Part shown: in pieces, positions 1-9,114 of the stretch
How the letters are laid out: every line of letters starts with the position of its first letter
Position numbering within the stretch: position 1 is the first letter of the stretch
Source: Pseudomonadota bacterium
Lineage (GTDB): Bacteria > Pseudomonadota > Gammaproteobacteria > Pseudomonadales > JBCDEX01
Reading direction: 5' to 3'
Length of the DNA: 47,933 nt
Assembly (NCBI GenBank): GCA_039178995.1
Contig: JBCDEX010000001.1
Coordinates: 1-47,933, forward strand
Translations under genes and position numbers: made by a program
Notes under the pieces: generated by a model
Database searches by the model: none
What the model was told of the DNA's origin: nothing
What the model saw: only the letters and a program-made list of their open reading frames with translations

Positions 1-291
1 ATGGAAGTGTCTTTGCGAATCACCATTACTGCGTCTCAAGAAGAAACGGTGGTGTTCATCGCCGAAGTTGATTACGCAGGTGTGTTTGTAGCGGAAGGGT
101 TTGACGAAGCTGAGATTGAGCACATTGTGAAAGTGCATTGCCCGACCATTTTGTTCCCTTACGTTCGAGAAACACTGGATAGCACCATTGTTAAAGGCAA
201 CTTTCCACCGTTGTTGTTAGCGCCATTGAATTTTGAAGGCATTTATCGAGACGCGCAAAGCGACTCATTAGCCGACGAAACCGCACACTAA
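1..291 (+). CDS. secB: Protein-export chaperone SecB, C-terminal part (5' end outside window)
   Basis: Frame +1 is open from the window edge to TAA at 289-291. HCPTILFPYVRETLDSTIVKGNFPPLLLAPLNFEGIY parallels the E. coli SecB C-terminal half (CPNILFPYARE...FPQLNLAPVNFDALF). Confidence 0.9.
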   Translation: MEVSLRITITASQEETVVFIAEVDYAGVFVAEGFDEAEIEHIVKVHCPTILFPYVRETLDSTIVKGNFPPLLLAPLNFEGIYRDAQSDSLADETAH

Positions 292-297
292 GTCAGC

Positions 298-762
298 TTA
301 CCTTAATCCGTCAAAATTCATTTGGCGGCATGCTTCATACAGAATCACAGCCACGCTATTGGACAGGTTTAAACTGCGGCTGTTCGCTTGCATTGGAATG
401 CGAATGCGCCCGTGCATGTGCTCACTCTCGAGAATCTCATCGGGTAAGCCACGTGTCTCTGGACCAAACACCAAAAAATTTGCTGAATCATAGTGCACGG
501 TTGAATAGCACTGGCTGCCTTTTGTGGTGATGGCGTATTTCTTACCGTCTGGATTTTGTTCTAGAAACGCGGCGTAGTCTGGGTACGTTTTAACCTGAGA
601 AAACTCGTGATAATCCAATCCGGCTCGTCGCAGTTTTTTATCGTCCAATGAAAATCCAAGCGGTTCAATCAAGTGCAGCTGGGCGTCGGTGTTTGCGCAT
701 AGGCGAATGATGTTACCCGTGTTGGGGGGAATTTCAGGTTCAAATAAAACAATGTTTATCAT
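298..762 (-). CDS. trmL: tRNA (cytidine/uridine-34 2'-O)-methyltransferase TrmL (SpoU/TrmD fold)
   Basis: 154 aa. MINIVLFEPEIPPNTGNIIRLCANT...RRAGLDYHEF...FGPETRGLP...SLNLSNSVAVILYEA is nearly colinear with E. coli TrmL/YibK. Confidence 0.93.
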   Translation of the reverse strand: MINIVLFEPEIPPNTGNIIRLCANTDAQLHLIEPLGFSLDDKKLRRAGLDYHEFSQVKTYPDYAAFLEQNPDGKKYAITTKGSQCYSTVHYDSANFLVFGPETRGLPDEILESEHMHGRIRIPMQANSRSLNLSNSVAVILYEACRQMNFDGLR

Positions 763-768
763 CAGCAG

Positions 769-2190
769 TTACAGCCCATGTTCTTGTATTTTTCGGGTGA
801 GTGTATTTCTTCCCCAGCCCAATAGTTTAGCCGCTTTTGCGCGTTTCCCTTGGGTGAAGTTCAAAGTTTGTGTGATCAGTATTTTCTCTAATTCAGCTTG
901 CGCATGCGTTGCGATGTGATCGGCGTTTTGCGTCAATTGTTGGCTGACCCATAGGCTGAGTAAGTTCTTCCAAGAGGTGTTGTTGCTGTCAATGACGTGT
1001 TTGTCGTCTAATAAGTCTGGCGGTAGATCGTTTGGATGCACCAGTGTTCCGGGTGCCATGACCGTGAGCCAGCGACAAGTGTTTTCCAATTGTCGAACAT
1101 TGCCCGGCCACGACAGTTGTTGAAACAGTTGTTGAGTCGGTGCGTCCAACTGCTTGCATTCCATGTTGAGTTCTTCAGCAATGTTTTTTAAAAAATGATC
1201 GCTTAATAGCTGAATGTCTTCTTTGCGTTCACGTAGTGCGGGAAGCTGAATTCGTATGACGTTGAGTCGATGGTATAAGTCTTCACGGAATCGTTTTTCT
1301 TCAACCAGAGCGAGTAAATCTTGATGCGTTGCGGTTAAAATTCGCACATTAGTTTTGATTGGTTTTTGCCCACCAACGCGATAAAACTCGCCACTGGATA
1401 AAACACGCAGCAGACGTGTTTGAGCTTCGGCGGGCATGTCGCCAATTTCGTCTAAGAATAAGGTGCCGCCATCCGCCTGTTCAAAACGACCCGTTTGACT
1501 GGAGCTGGCGCCGGTGAACGAGCCTTTTTCGTGGCCAAACAACTCCGACTCAATCAAGTCTTTTGGTATGGCGGCCATATTAATGGCAATGAAGTTCTTC
1601 TTGTTGCGGTCGCTGTGATCGTGTAAAGCTTGAGCAATCAATTCTTTACCAGTGCCGGATTCGCCGTTGATCAATACATTAATAGAGGATTTTGATAAGC
1701 GACCAATCACTCGAAATACTTCCTGCATTGCAGGCGCTTCGCCGATGATGCTCGACACTTTAAGATCGTTGGATGTGCTTGAATCGTGCGCGGTGTCGGA
1801 TGTCTCGAGTGAGCGTTCATTGACCTCAAGTGCGCGTTGAATCATGTCGAGCATTTCATCAATGTCGAAGGGCTTGGGCAAATAATCAAACGCCCCTTGC
1901 TGATGCGATGCCACCGCGCTGTCAAGATCGGAGTGAGCGGTTGTAATAATCACAGGGATGTTGGGGTGCGCCACGTTGAGCTTGGCCAAAAACTCTAAGC
2001 CATTGATGCCGGGCATGTTGATGTCGCTGATGATCGCGTGAGGTTGTTCATGACACAGCTGGTCCAGTGCATCATCCGCGGATTCAAACACGGCGTACGT
2101 GATATCGGCTTGCTGCAGTGCGCGTTCAATGACCCAACGAATCGAATCATCGTCGTCAACGATCCAAACTGTTTTCGTGTTCATAGTCAT
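769..2190 (-). CDS. glnG: Nitrogen regulation protein NR(I), sigma54-dependent response regulator NtrC
   Basis: 473 aa. Receiver domain (VWIVDDDDSIRWV, TAHSDLDSAV, GAFDYLPKPFDIDE), AAA+ sigma54-activator core (GESGTGKE, ESELFGHEKGSFTGA) and C-terminal HTH. Lies directly downstream of ntrB. Confidence 0.92.
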   Translation of the reverse strand: MTMNTKTVWIVDDDDSIRWVIERALQQADITYAVFESADDALDQLCHEQPHAIISDINMPGINGLEFLAKLNVAHPNIPVIITTAHSDLDSAVASHQQGAFDYLPKPFDIDEMLDMIQRALEVNERSLETSDTAHDSSTSNDLKVSSIIGEAPAMQEVFRVIGRLSKSSINVLINGESGTGKELIAQALHDHSDRNKKNFIAINMAAIPKDLIESELFGHEKGSFTGASSSQTGRFEQADGGTLFLDEIGDMPAEAQTRLLRVLSSGEFYRVGGQKPIKTNVRILTATHQDLLALVEEKRFREDLYHRLNVIRIQLPALRERKEDIQLLSDHFLKNIAEELNMECKQLDAPTQQLFQQLSWPGNVRQLENTCRWLTVMAPGTLVHPNDLPPDLLDDKHVIDSNNTSWKNLLSLWVSQQLTQNADHIATHAQAELEKILITQTLNFTQGKRAKAAKLLGWGRNTLTRKIQEHGL

Positions 2191-2212
2191 TGTGACCTGT
2201 TCGTCGAATTAA

Positions 2213-3274
2213 TTAGGGTGAGTGTAACGGTAAATACAATGAAAAGCAGGTGTGACCCGGTGCGCTGTTGAAGGTGATCAGTCCTGCGTGCTGACTGATC
2301 ACCGATTGAGCAACCGCTAAGCCAAGCCCTGTGCCGTGTTCTTTGTGTGATACGAGTGGTAAAAAAAGAGTGTCTGCGTGGGCTTCTGAAATGCCAGGGC
2401 CGTTGTCGATAATGTCGACACGACACACCAGTCGATGCTTGATGAGCCCGATGGTGTGGTTGCGCTCAATCGCAGACACCACCGTAATGTCTCCGCTGCT
2501 TTGGTGCTCAGTTAAGGCCTGTATGGCATTTTTAACGATATTGAGTACCGCTTGAATCAATTGCTCTTTGTCGGCCATCAGCCCTGGAATACTGGGGTCG
2601 TACTGTCGCGTTAAGGTGATGTCTGGCGACTCGGAGTTTGAAAGTTCAACGCGTGCCAGTGTCAGTACATGTTCGAGTACCTCGTGAATATTGACCGAGT
2701 GCAATTGCTGCTGCTTATAAGGCCCTAATAAGTTGTCGACTAAATTGGCCAGGCGTTTTGTTTCCGCAATGACGATCTCGGTGTACTCTGAATACTGTGT
2801 ATCTTTTGCTTCGCGTTGAAGTAATTGAGCGGCGCCACTAATCCCTGCTAATGGGTTCTTAATTTCATGCGCGAGGGTTCGAATGAGTTCGCGACTTGAG
2901 TTTTGTGTGGAGTAGGAGTGTTTTTCTTGGTTGATGCGCATCAATCGATCAAGCGACGAAAATTCTAACAACAGGTGATGAGGCGTTGGAGTCACCGACA
3001 CATCTAAGACAGCGGTTTGCATGCTGTGCAAGGTTAAACTGACTTGGCGTTGGATGATGGGTGCGTCGTCTGAGGCGGCTTGATCAAGGATGATGTGCAA
3101 TTTATCGCTGTCGCTAAACAGGCTGTTCAGCGGTTTGCCGTGTGCCCGGGTCAGCGACATATTGAACAAGCTTTGCGCCGACGCATTGAGGTAGTCGATG
3201 GTCAGTTGACGACTTAACGAGACGACTGCGGTATGGAGGTGATCCAATACGTCGTGTGTGTTGATGCGTGACAT
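2213..3274 (-). CDS. glnL: Nitrogen regulation sensor histidine kinase NtrB (NR-II)
   Basis: 353 aa with no TM segments. H-box LAHEIKNPLAGISGAAQLL, then LVDNLLGP, YDPSIPGL, NIVKNAIQA, DNGPGI and GTGLGLA, colinear with E. coli NtrB. Confidence 0.9.
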   Translation of the reverse strand: MSRINTHDVLDHLHTAVVSLSRQLTIDYLNASAQSLFNMSLTRAHGKPLNSLFSDSDKLHIILDQAASDDAPIIQRQVSLTLHSMQTAVLDVSVTPTPHHLLLEFSSLDRLMRINQEKHSYSTQNSSRELIRTLAHEIKNPLAGISGAAQLLQREAKDTQYSEYTEIVIAETKRLANLVDNLLGPYKQQQLHSVNIHEVLEHVLTLARVELSNSESPDITLTRQYDPSIPGLMADKEQLIQAVLNIVKNAIQALTEHQSSGDITVVSAIERNHTIGLIKHRLVCRVDIIDNGPGISEAHADTLFLPLVSHKEHGTGLGLAVAQSVISQHAGLITFNSAPGHTCFSLYLPLHSP

Positions 3275-3307
3275 TGTCAGCTGACCTATTCGTGAACGCG
3301 TATGGGA

Positions 3308-4600
3308 TTACTGTGCGTCTTCGCGTGCAATGGCGCGATAGCCAATGTCGTGACGCAAGTACATGTCATCCCATGAAATGTGCTTCACGCCTGCGTAAGC
3401 AGTGGCTTGGGCTTCTTTTACGTTGTCGCCTAGCGCGGTGACGCAGAGCACTCGACCGCCGTGTGTCACGACGTCATTGTTCTCGTTCAGTGCCGTGCCG
3501 GCCTGAAATACTTTGCACTCATCCGTGTTGGCGTGCTCAATACCGCTGATGACATCGCCTTTGCGATAATCGGTCGGATAACCGCCCGCCGCGAGCACCA
3601 CACCCAAAGCGGCTTTTGGACTCCATTGCACTGTGCAGCTGTCCATGGTTTGAGACAGCGCCGCTTGGCATAATTCGACCAAGTCGGATTCCAAACGCAT
3701 CATAATAGGCTGTGTTTCTGGGTCGCCGAAGCGGCAATTGTATTCAATGACTTTGGGGCTGCCATCGCTCATGATCATCAGTCCCGCATAGAGGAATCCA
3801 GTGTAATCGTTGCCTTCTGAGGCCATGCCGTCGAGTGTCGGTTGAATGATTTCGCGCATAACGCGGTCGTGGATTTCATCGGTGACGACGGGGGCGGGTG
3901 AGTATGCGCCCATGCCGCCTGTGTTCAATCCCGTGTCGCAGTCGCCCATGCGTTTGTGGTCTTGGCTGGTGGCCATCGGCAGTGCGTTCGCGCCATCGGC
4001 AATCACGATGAAGCTGGCTTCTTCGCCGTCTAAAAACTCTTCAATCACCACACGACAGCCTGCGTCACCAAAGGCATTGCCTGACAACATGTCGGTCACC
4101 GCTTCGGTGGCTTGTTCCAGTGTTTCGGCGACGATCACGCCTTTGCCTGCGGCTAAACCGTCGGCTTTGATCACGATTGGTGCGCCTTTTTCGTTCAGGT
4201 AGGCTAACGCAGGTTCCAGTTCGGTGAAGTTCTGGTAGTCTGCCGTGGGGATGTTGTGTCGTGCTAAAAAATCTTTGGTGAAGGCCTTCGAGCCTTCAAG
4301 CTGCGCTGCGCCTTTGGTCGGCCCAAAGCAGGCCAAGCCGCGACAGTTAAACAAATCGACCACGCCATCCACTAAAGGGGCTTCAGGGCCGACGATGGTC
4401 AGCGCAACGCCTTCTTTTTCTGCAAAGTCAGCCAGCGCGTCGAGCTCGCCCACGCCAATCGCCACATTGCTCACCTTGTCTTCCAAGGCCGATCCTGCGT
4501 TGCCCGGCGCCACAAACACATCCGTCACGTTTGCCGATTGCGCAGCCTTCCACGCCAAAGCGTGTTCGCGACCGCCGCTGCCAATGATTAAAATCTTCAT
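3308..4600 (-). CDS. purD: Phosphoribosylamine--glycine ligase PurD
   Basis: 430 aa. MKILIIGSGGREHALAWK..., ATP-grasp core, EYNCRFGDPETQ motif. Full-length match to PurD architecture. Confidence 0.97.
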   Translation of the reverse strand: MKILIIGSGGREHALAWKAAQSANVTDVFVAPGNAGSALEDKVSNVAIGVGELDALADFAEKEGVALTIVGPEAPLVDGVVDLFNCRGLACFGPTKGAAQLEGSKAFTKDFLARHNIPTADYQNFTELEPALAYLNEKGAPIVIKADGLAAGKGVIVAETLEQATEAVTDMLSGNAFGDAGCRVVIEEFLDGEEASFIVIADGANALPMATSQDHKRMGDCDTGLNTGGMGAYSPAPVVTDEIHDRVMREIIQPTLDGMASEGNDYTGFLYAGLMIMSDGSPKVIEYNCRFGDPETQPIMMRLESDLVELCQAALSQTMDSCTVQWSPKAALGVVLAAGGYPTDYRKGDVISGIEHANTDECKVFQAGTALNENNDVVTHGGRVLCVTALGDNVKEAQATAYAGVKHISWDDMYLRHDIGYRAIAREDAQ

Positions 4601-4714
4601 AATGATGCCTTAGTTACTGTGTTGGTGAGCACGCATTGAGCGTGGAAAGAGCGTTCAATAATGAGTGTGGATTTTAGCAGATGAAGCAGGGGTTGGGTAT
4701 GCAGGTGTTCCATG

Positions 4715-5935
4715 TTATTTGAACTGAATGTGAACCAATGTTTCAAAATGATGGGTGCCGGGAAACATATCAAACAACACAATGTCTTTGATGATGTGTT
4801 TTCGGGTCAGCGTGCGCAAATCACGTGCCAGTGAGATGGGATAACAGCTGATGTAAATGAGCTCGTTGGGCGTGATTTTACACACCCAGTCGTTCAAATT
4901 AGGAAAGCCTTTTCTTGGAGGATCAACGATCATCAAATCATAATGTGGTTGCGTGGTGACGCGGGTAAATTGTGCCAGTGCCGAGTCGTCGTATAAGTTG
5001 GCTTGGTGAAAGTCATCGTGAGTGTTCGGGTACGCGTCCACCATGGTTCGAATGATGGGTTGGTTCGTTTGTTGAGCCATGTCGCACAGAGGGCTTGATA
5101 AATTGCCTTGGCCTGAAAATAAATCGAGTACGCTGGTGGGCTGTGTGTCCGTGAAACGTTGACGTAAATTGGCGAGTAGTTTTTGATTGATGTCGTCGTT
5201 GACTTGAGTGAATCCGCCGTGGGCGTATGCTTTGTTCCAGTTCGTGTGAACCTCGCCATCGTGCAGGTAAATTTCACAGTGACCGTTTGTTTGAGAGACC
5301 TTGCCTTTGTAATCGGTTTTTGTGGGCGGCTTTGGGAAGCTGTTTAATTGATGCACCGAGTGCAATGCGTCGCGTAACTCGTCCTTAATCAAACGGCATT
5401 GTGGAATCTCAACCAGCGTATTCGTCAGACCGTTGACCAGTCCAATGCGTTGTTTGTTGTAGTGCAGTTGCATACGATTGCGGTAGCCAAACCGAGACTC
5501 TGAAGCAATGACCGTTAAGTCGGCCATCGCGGCATCGAAATGTTTCAGGGATGGATGTTGAGAGAGCCCACGTAAGTGGTGCGTTAATGCCTGCTGTTTG
5601 AGTGTCAGTTCGTGCTCATATGACGTGTGTAAATAATGACAGCCTGAGCAATCTGCGTAGTGAGGGCAGTCGCTTTCTTGACGCAACTCGGACGCATCTG
5701 TCACTTGAATCAATTGCGCAAATTGCACGCCTTTGCGTTGTTTAACAACGCGCACATCACAGGTTTCACCAGCCAATGTTTTTGCTGTGAACGTTGTGGT
5801 GTCATTGACCTTACTCACGCCTTGACCGAGCGTGTCGATGTGCTCAATGGTGGACGAAATAATTTGTTTGGATGGCGTGTTGCGCTTGGTTTTTTTGGGT
5901 CGCTTTTTGTGATTGCGTGGCAGCAGACGAGACAT
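4715..5935 (-). CDS. RumA/RlmD-family RNA (uracil-5)-methyltransferase with TRAM-like N-domain and Fe-S cysteine cluster
   Basis: 406 aa. TRAM-like segment (GQGVSKV...ETCDVRVVKQRKG), Cys cluster CPHYADCSGCHY plus a later C, SAM-MTase motif DPPRKG and catalytic-Cys motif YISCYP. N-terminus is strongly basic (RNHKKRPKKTKRN). Exact rRNA/tRNA target not assignable by eye. Confidence 0.8.
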   Translation of the reverse strand: MSRLLPRNHKKRPKKTKRNTPSKQIISSTIEHIDTLGQGVSKVNDTTTFTAKTLAGETCDVRVVKQRKGVQFAQLIQVTDASELRQESDCPHYADCSGCHYLHTSYEHELTLKQQALTHHLRGLSQHPSLKHFDAAMADLTVIASESRFGYRNRMQLHYNKQRIGLVNGLTNTLVEIPQCRLIKDELRDALHSVHQLNSFPKPPTKTDYKGKVSQTNGHCEIYLHDGEVHTNWNKAYAHGGFTQVNDDINQKLLANLRQRFTDTQPTSVLDLFSGQGNLSSPLCDMAQQTNQPIIRTMVDAYPNTHDDFHQANLYDDSALAQFTRVTTQPHYDLMIVDPPRKGFPNLNDWVCKITPNELIYISCYPISLARDLRTLTRKHIIKDIVLFDMFPGTHHFETLVHIQFK

Positions 5936-5965
5936 AAATCACCATGAGCGAGTTGTGAGTGCGAT

Positions 5966-5997
5966 ATGAAAACAGCGCATGATGTGTGTCATGCGCT
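5966..5997 (-). terminator. Candidate rho-independent terminator downstream of purH
   Basis: 9-bp perfect stem agcgcatga/tcatgcgct (5974-5982 / 5989-5997) with a 6-nt loop. On the minus strand it is followed by GTTTTC. Sits 27 nt after the purH stop. Confidence 0.45.
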
Positions 5998-6023
5998 GCG
6001 TGTGTGGTCGGTGCACGGAGGAA

Positions 6024-7589
6024 TCAGTGACGGAAATGACGCATGCCGGTGAAGACCATCGCCATGTTGGCTTCGTCAGCAGCGGCAATGACTTCTTCGT
6101 CGCGAATCGATCCGCCGGGTTGGATCACCGCAGCAATGCCCGCTTTAGCGGCGTTATCAATGCCGTCTCTGAACGGGAAAAACGCATCCGATGCCATCAC
6201 GGAACCCGGTACTTCAAGTCCTGCATGCTCGGCTTTGATGCCTGCGATGCGTGCCGAATTGATGCGGCTCATTTGACCTGCGCCCACGCCGATGGTGCGT
6301 TTGTTTCTTCCGTACACAATGGCGTTTGATTTGACAAATTTGGCCACGTTCCATGTGAACAACAAATCAGAAATTTCGTCGGCGGTGGGTTGTCGTTTGC
6401 TGACAATGTTCAGATCCGCTTCAGTGATGATGCCTTGGTCTCGATCTTGTATGAGCATGCCGCCGGTCACGCGTTTGTAGTCCCAAGCAGGCGCAGCTTG
6501 CTGCCAATCGCCACAGACCAACAGGCGCACATTTTTCTTGCTAGCAACGATCTCACTGACATTATCGTCCACGGCTGGCGCAATGATGACTTCCACAAAT
6601 TGGTTGTCGACAATGGCTTGAGCGGTTGCGCCGTCTAAGGTTCGGTTAAATGCAATGATGCCACCAAACGACGATTCTGGGTCGGTTGAAAAGGCGGTGG
6701 TGTAAGCGTCGAGTAAATTGTCAGCCGATGCAACGCCACATGGGTTGGCGTGTTTTACGATGACACACGTGGGTTCTGAGAATTGTTTTACGCATTCCAA
6801 GGCAGCGTCGGTGTCGGCGATGTTGTTGTAGGACAGCGCTTTGCCTTGCAGTTGTGTGGCGGTTGAAATCGACGGTTCGAGTTGCCCCAGTTCTGTATAA
6901 AATGCAGAGCGTTGGTGAGAGTTCTCACCGTAGCGCAGTTCTTCTTTTAGTTCGTAATTTAAGTTCAATGTCTGTGCAAACGCCGACTGTTCGTTGTCGA
7001 CAGTCGATTTCCCGAGGTAGTTTGCGATCATACTGTCGTATTGAGCAGTGTGCTCAAATGCGCGGCACGATAATTCAAAGCGCTGTGCTTTGCTGGTAGT
7101 GCCGTCGCGGCTGTCGAGCGCATCAAGAATGGTGGCGTAGTCGCTTGGACGCACCACTATGTTGGTGAACGCGAAATTCTTCGCAGCCGATCGGACCATG
7201 GTTGGGCCGCCGATGTCGATGTTTTCAATCGCGTCTTCCAATGAGCAGTTGTCTTTTGCAACGGTTTGCGCGAACGGATATAAATTCACAACGACTAAGT
7301 CGATTTTGTCGATGCCGTATTGTTGCATGATGTCGTCGTCGGTGCCAATGCGACCTAAGATCCCGCCGTGTACTCTTGGATGCAATGTTTTTACGCGTCC
7401 GTCCATCATTTCAGGAAAGCCAGTATAATCGGTTACGTCGATGGCGGGCACGTCATTGTCTTGAAGTAATTTCTTGGTGCCGCCGGTTGACAGAATACGC
7501 ACGCCTCGTTGGTGCAATGCTTGTGAAAATTCGACGATGCCGGATTTGTCTGAGACGCTGATTAATGCAGTTTTAATGGCAGGGTTCAT
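6024..7589 (-). CDS. purH: Bifunctional AICAR transformylase / IMP cyclohydrolase PurH
   Basis: 521 aa. [14 protein letters not shown]...ILSTGGT...GRVKTLHP...GGILG, C-terminal formyltransferase domain ending MRHFRH. Classic PurH. Confidence 0.97.
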   Translation of the reverse strand: MNPAIKTALISVSDKSGIVEFSQALHQRGVRILSTGGTKKLLQDNDVPAIDVTDYTGFPEMMDGRVKTLHPRVHGGILGRIGTDDDIMQQYGIDKIDLVVVNLYPFAQTVAKDNCSLEDAIENIDIGGPTMVRSAAKNFAFTNIVVRPSDYATILDALDSRDGTTSKAQRFELSCRAFEHTAQYDSMIANYLGKSTVDNEQSAFAQTLNLNYELKEELRYGENSHQRSAFYTELGQLEPSISTATQLQGKALSYNNIADTDAALECVKQFSEPTCVIVKHANPCGVASADNLLDAYTTAFSTDPESSFGGIIAFNRTLDGATAQAIVDNQFVEVIIAPAVDDNVSEIVASKKNVRLLVCGDWQQAAPAWDYKRVTGGMLIQDRDQGIITEADLNIVSKRQPTADEISDLLFTWNVAKFVKSNAIVYGRNKRTIGVGAGQMSRINSARIAGIKAEHAGLEVPGSVMASDAFFPFRDGIDNAAKAGIAAVIQPGGSIRDEEVIAAADEANMAMVFTGMRHFRH

Positions 7590-7639
7590 GATGCGTGTGT
7601 GTTCCTATGAAAGTTAAAATTAAATGAGATGTGTTGGCG

Positions 7640-7876
7640 TTACAGCAAATCGTACTGCGCTAGTTTTTTACGCAGCGTACCTCGGTTGACACCCAATATA
7701 TCAGCAGCTTTGCTTTTGTTGTTGCTGGTTTCTTTAAGTACCAGCTCAAGCATGGGTTTCTCTACTTGTTGCATCACCAGATCGTACAAATTGTTTGGGT
7801 GCTCGCCGTCGAGCTCGTCAAAATAACGTGTTAAAGACTGGGTCACGGCGTCGTTGAGAGAGGGAGTTATTTTCAT
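7640..7876 (-). CDS. fis: DNA-binding protein Fis (short form, 78 aa)
   Basis: C-terminal HTH AADILGVNRGTLRKKLAQY matches Fis (E. coli AALMMGINRGTLRKKLKKY). NLYDLVMQQVEKPMLELVL parallels DLYELVLAEVEQPLLDMVM. 4-bp ATGA overlap with dusB, as in the conserved dusB-fis operon. Confidence 0.9.
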   Translation of the reverse strand: MKITPSLNDAVTQSLTRYFDELDGEHPNNLYDLVMQQVEKPMLELVLKETSNNKSKAADILGVNRGTLRKKLAQYDLL

Positions 7877-8883
7877 GCTGCGGAATCTTCTTGAGTTAAG
7901 TGGTGAGGTGCTACAGGTACTTGCAGATTAGATAAAAAGGTCAGTTGCTGCTGGCATGTGTCGAGCGCGTTGAATTGTTGTCGAGCGGACAGCGCATGGT
8001 CTGTTGAAAACCAGTGTTCAAAATACGCAATAGCGTGCTTGCGTGCGATTTTAGGACCTAAAAAATCACCGTAAAAATCGTTGCACGCCGACACATGCTG
8101 CGACATGGTTGAAATGATCTCAGTGCGAGAGGGTGCTGGCGTGTGCGTACCAGTCGCTAAGTACTGTTTGATCGCGTTGAATATCCACGGATTGCCTTGT
8201 GCGCCACGTCCAATCATGACACCGTCGGCCTGCGTGTACTCCAAGACGTATTGCGCTTGTTCAGGCGTGGTGATGTCGCCGTTGGCAATCACGGGAATGC
8301 TAACGTGCTGTTTGACCTGTGTAATGGTGTCGTATTCGGCGTGACCTTTGAAACGGCATGCTCGAGTACGACCGTGAATAACCAGCGATTGAATGCCGCT
8401 GTCTTCGGCAATGTGTGCGACGTCGAGTGCGTTACGTGATTCGGGGCACCAGCCGGTGCGAATTTTTAAGGTGACTGGTGTATCGGGAACGGCGTTGACG
8501 ATGCGGCTGCAAATCTCAGCGACCAATTCAGGGTCTTTCATCAGTGCGGATCCAGCTGCTTTTTTGCACACTTTTTTTGCGGGGCAGCCCATGTTGATGT
8601 CGATGATTTCCGCGCCTAAGTCGGTGTAATGACGTGCAGACTCAGCCATCTGTGCTGGATCAATGCCAACCAATTGAACGCTTTTGATGCCGACGTTCTC
8701 GAAATGAAAGCGCTGTTGTGATTTTGGCGTGTCCCAAAAATTGGATTTGCTCGCGAGCATTTCTGACACACACAAGCCTGCGCCCATTTTATGGCACAGT
8801 TGCCGAAACGGAAGATCGCTGATGCCTGCCATAGGAGCCAGCATCGTGGGGGTGTCAATTGTGTGGTTGCCAATGCAAATCAT
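7873..8883 (-). CDS. dusB: tRNA-dihydrouridine synthase B
   Basis: 336 aa. LAPMAGISDLPFRQLC, IDINMGCPAKKV, TLKIRTGW, HGRTRACRFKGHAEYD. Located upstream of fis. Confidence 0.93.
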   Translation of the reverse strand: MICIGNHTIDTPTMLAPMAGISDLPFRQLCHKMGAGLCVSEMLASKSNFWDTPKSQQRFHFENVGIKSVQLVGIDPAQMAESARHYTDLGAEIIDINMGCPAKKVCKKAAGSALMKDPELVAEICSRIVNAVPDTPVTLKIRTGWCPESRNALDVAHIAEDSGIQSLVIHGRTRACRFKGHAEYDTITQVKQHVSIPVIANGDITTPEQAQYVLEYTQADGVMIGRGAQGNPWIFNAIKQYLATGTHTPAPSRTEIISTMSQHVSACNDFYGDFLGPKIARKHAIAYFEHWFSTDHALSARQQFNALDTCQQQLTFLSNLQVPVAPHHLTQEDSAA

Positions 8884-9114
8884 GACAATACTGGGTGACC
8901 CATGTTGATAAGTGAATCAATGTCTTGTTGGCGAACATCGCCGTGTTTGTGTGCTCAGAGACAGGAGGAAGGTTGTTAATGTGTTGATCGTCAACGCAGA
9001 GTAACCACCTGTATTTCTTCAGAGCGCACCAAAGGAAGTGAGTTTATGATACCGATTTCTAAATGCCGAGAAAAGCAAAATTGAGTGTTTTTTGATCACT
9101 TGGCGATGCGAGGC

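Noticed and set aside
7590-7639. A search for PurR boxes (ACGCAAACGTTTGCGT-like) or a ZTP/pfl riboswitch upstream of purH, purD and the methyltransferase gene.
   Set aside because: The spacers are short (50-115 bp). They contain neither the palindromic PurR operator nor the conserved ZTP pseudoknot motifs.
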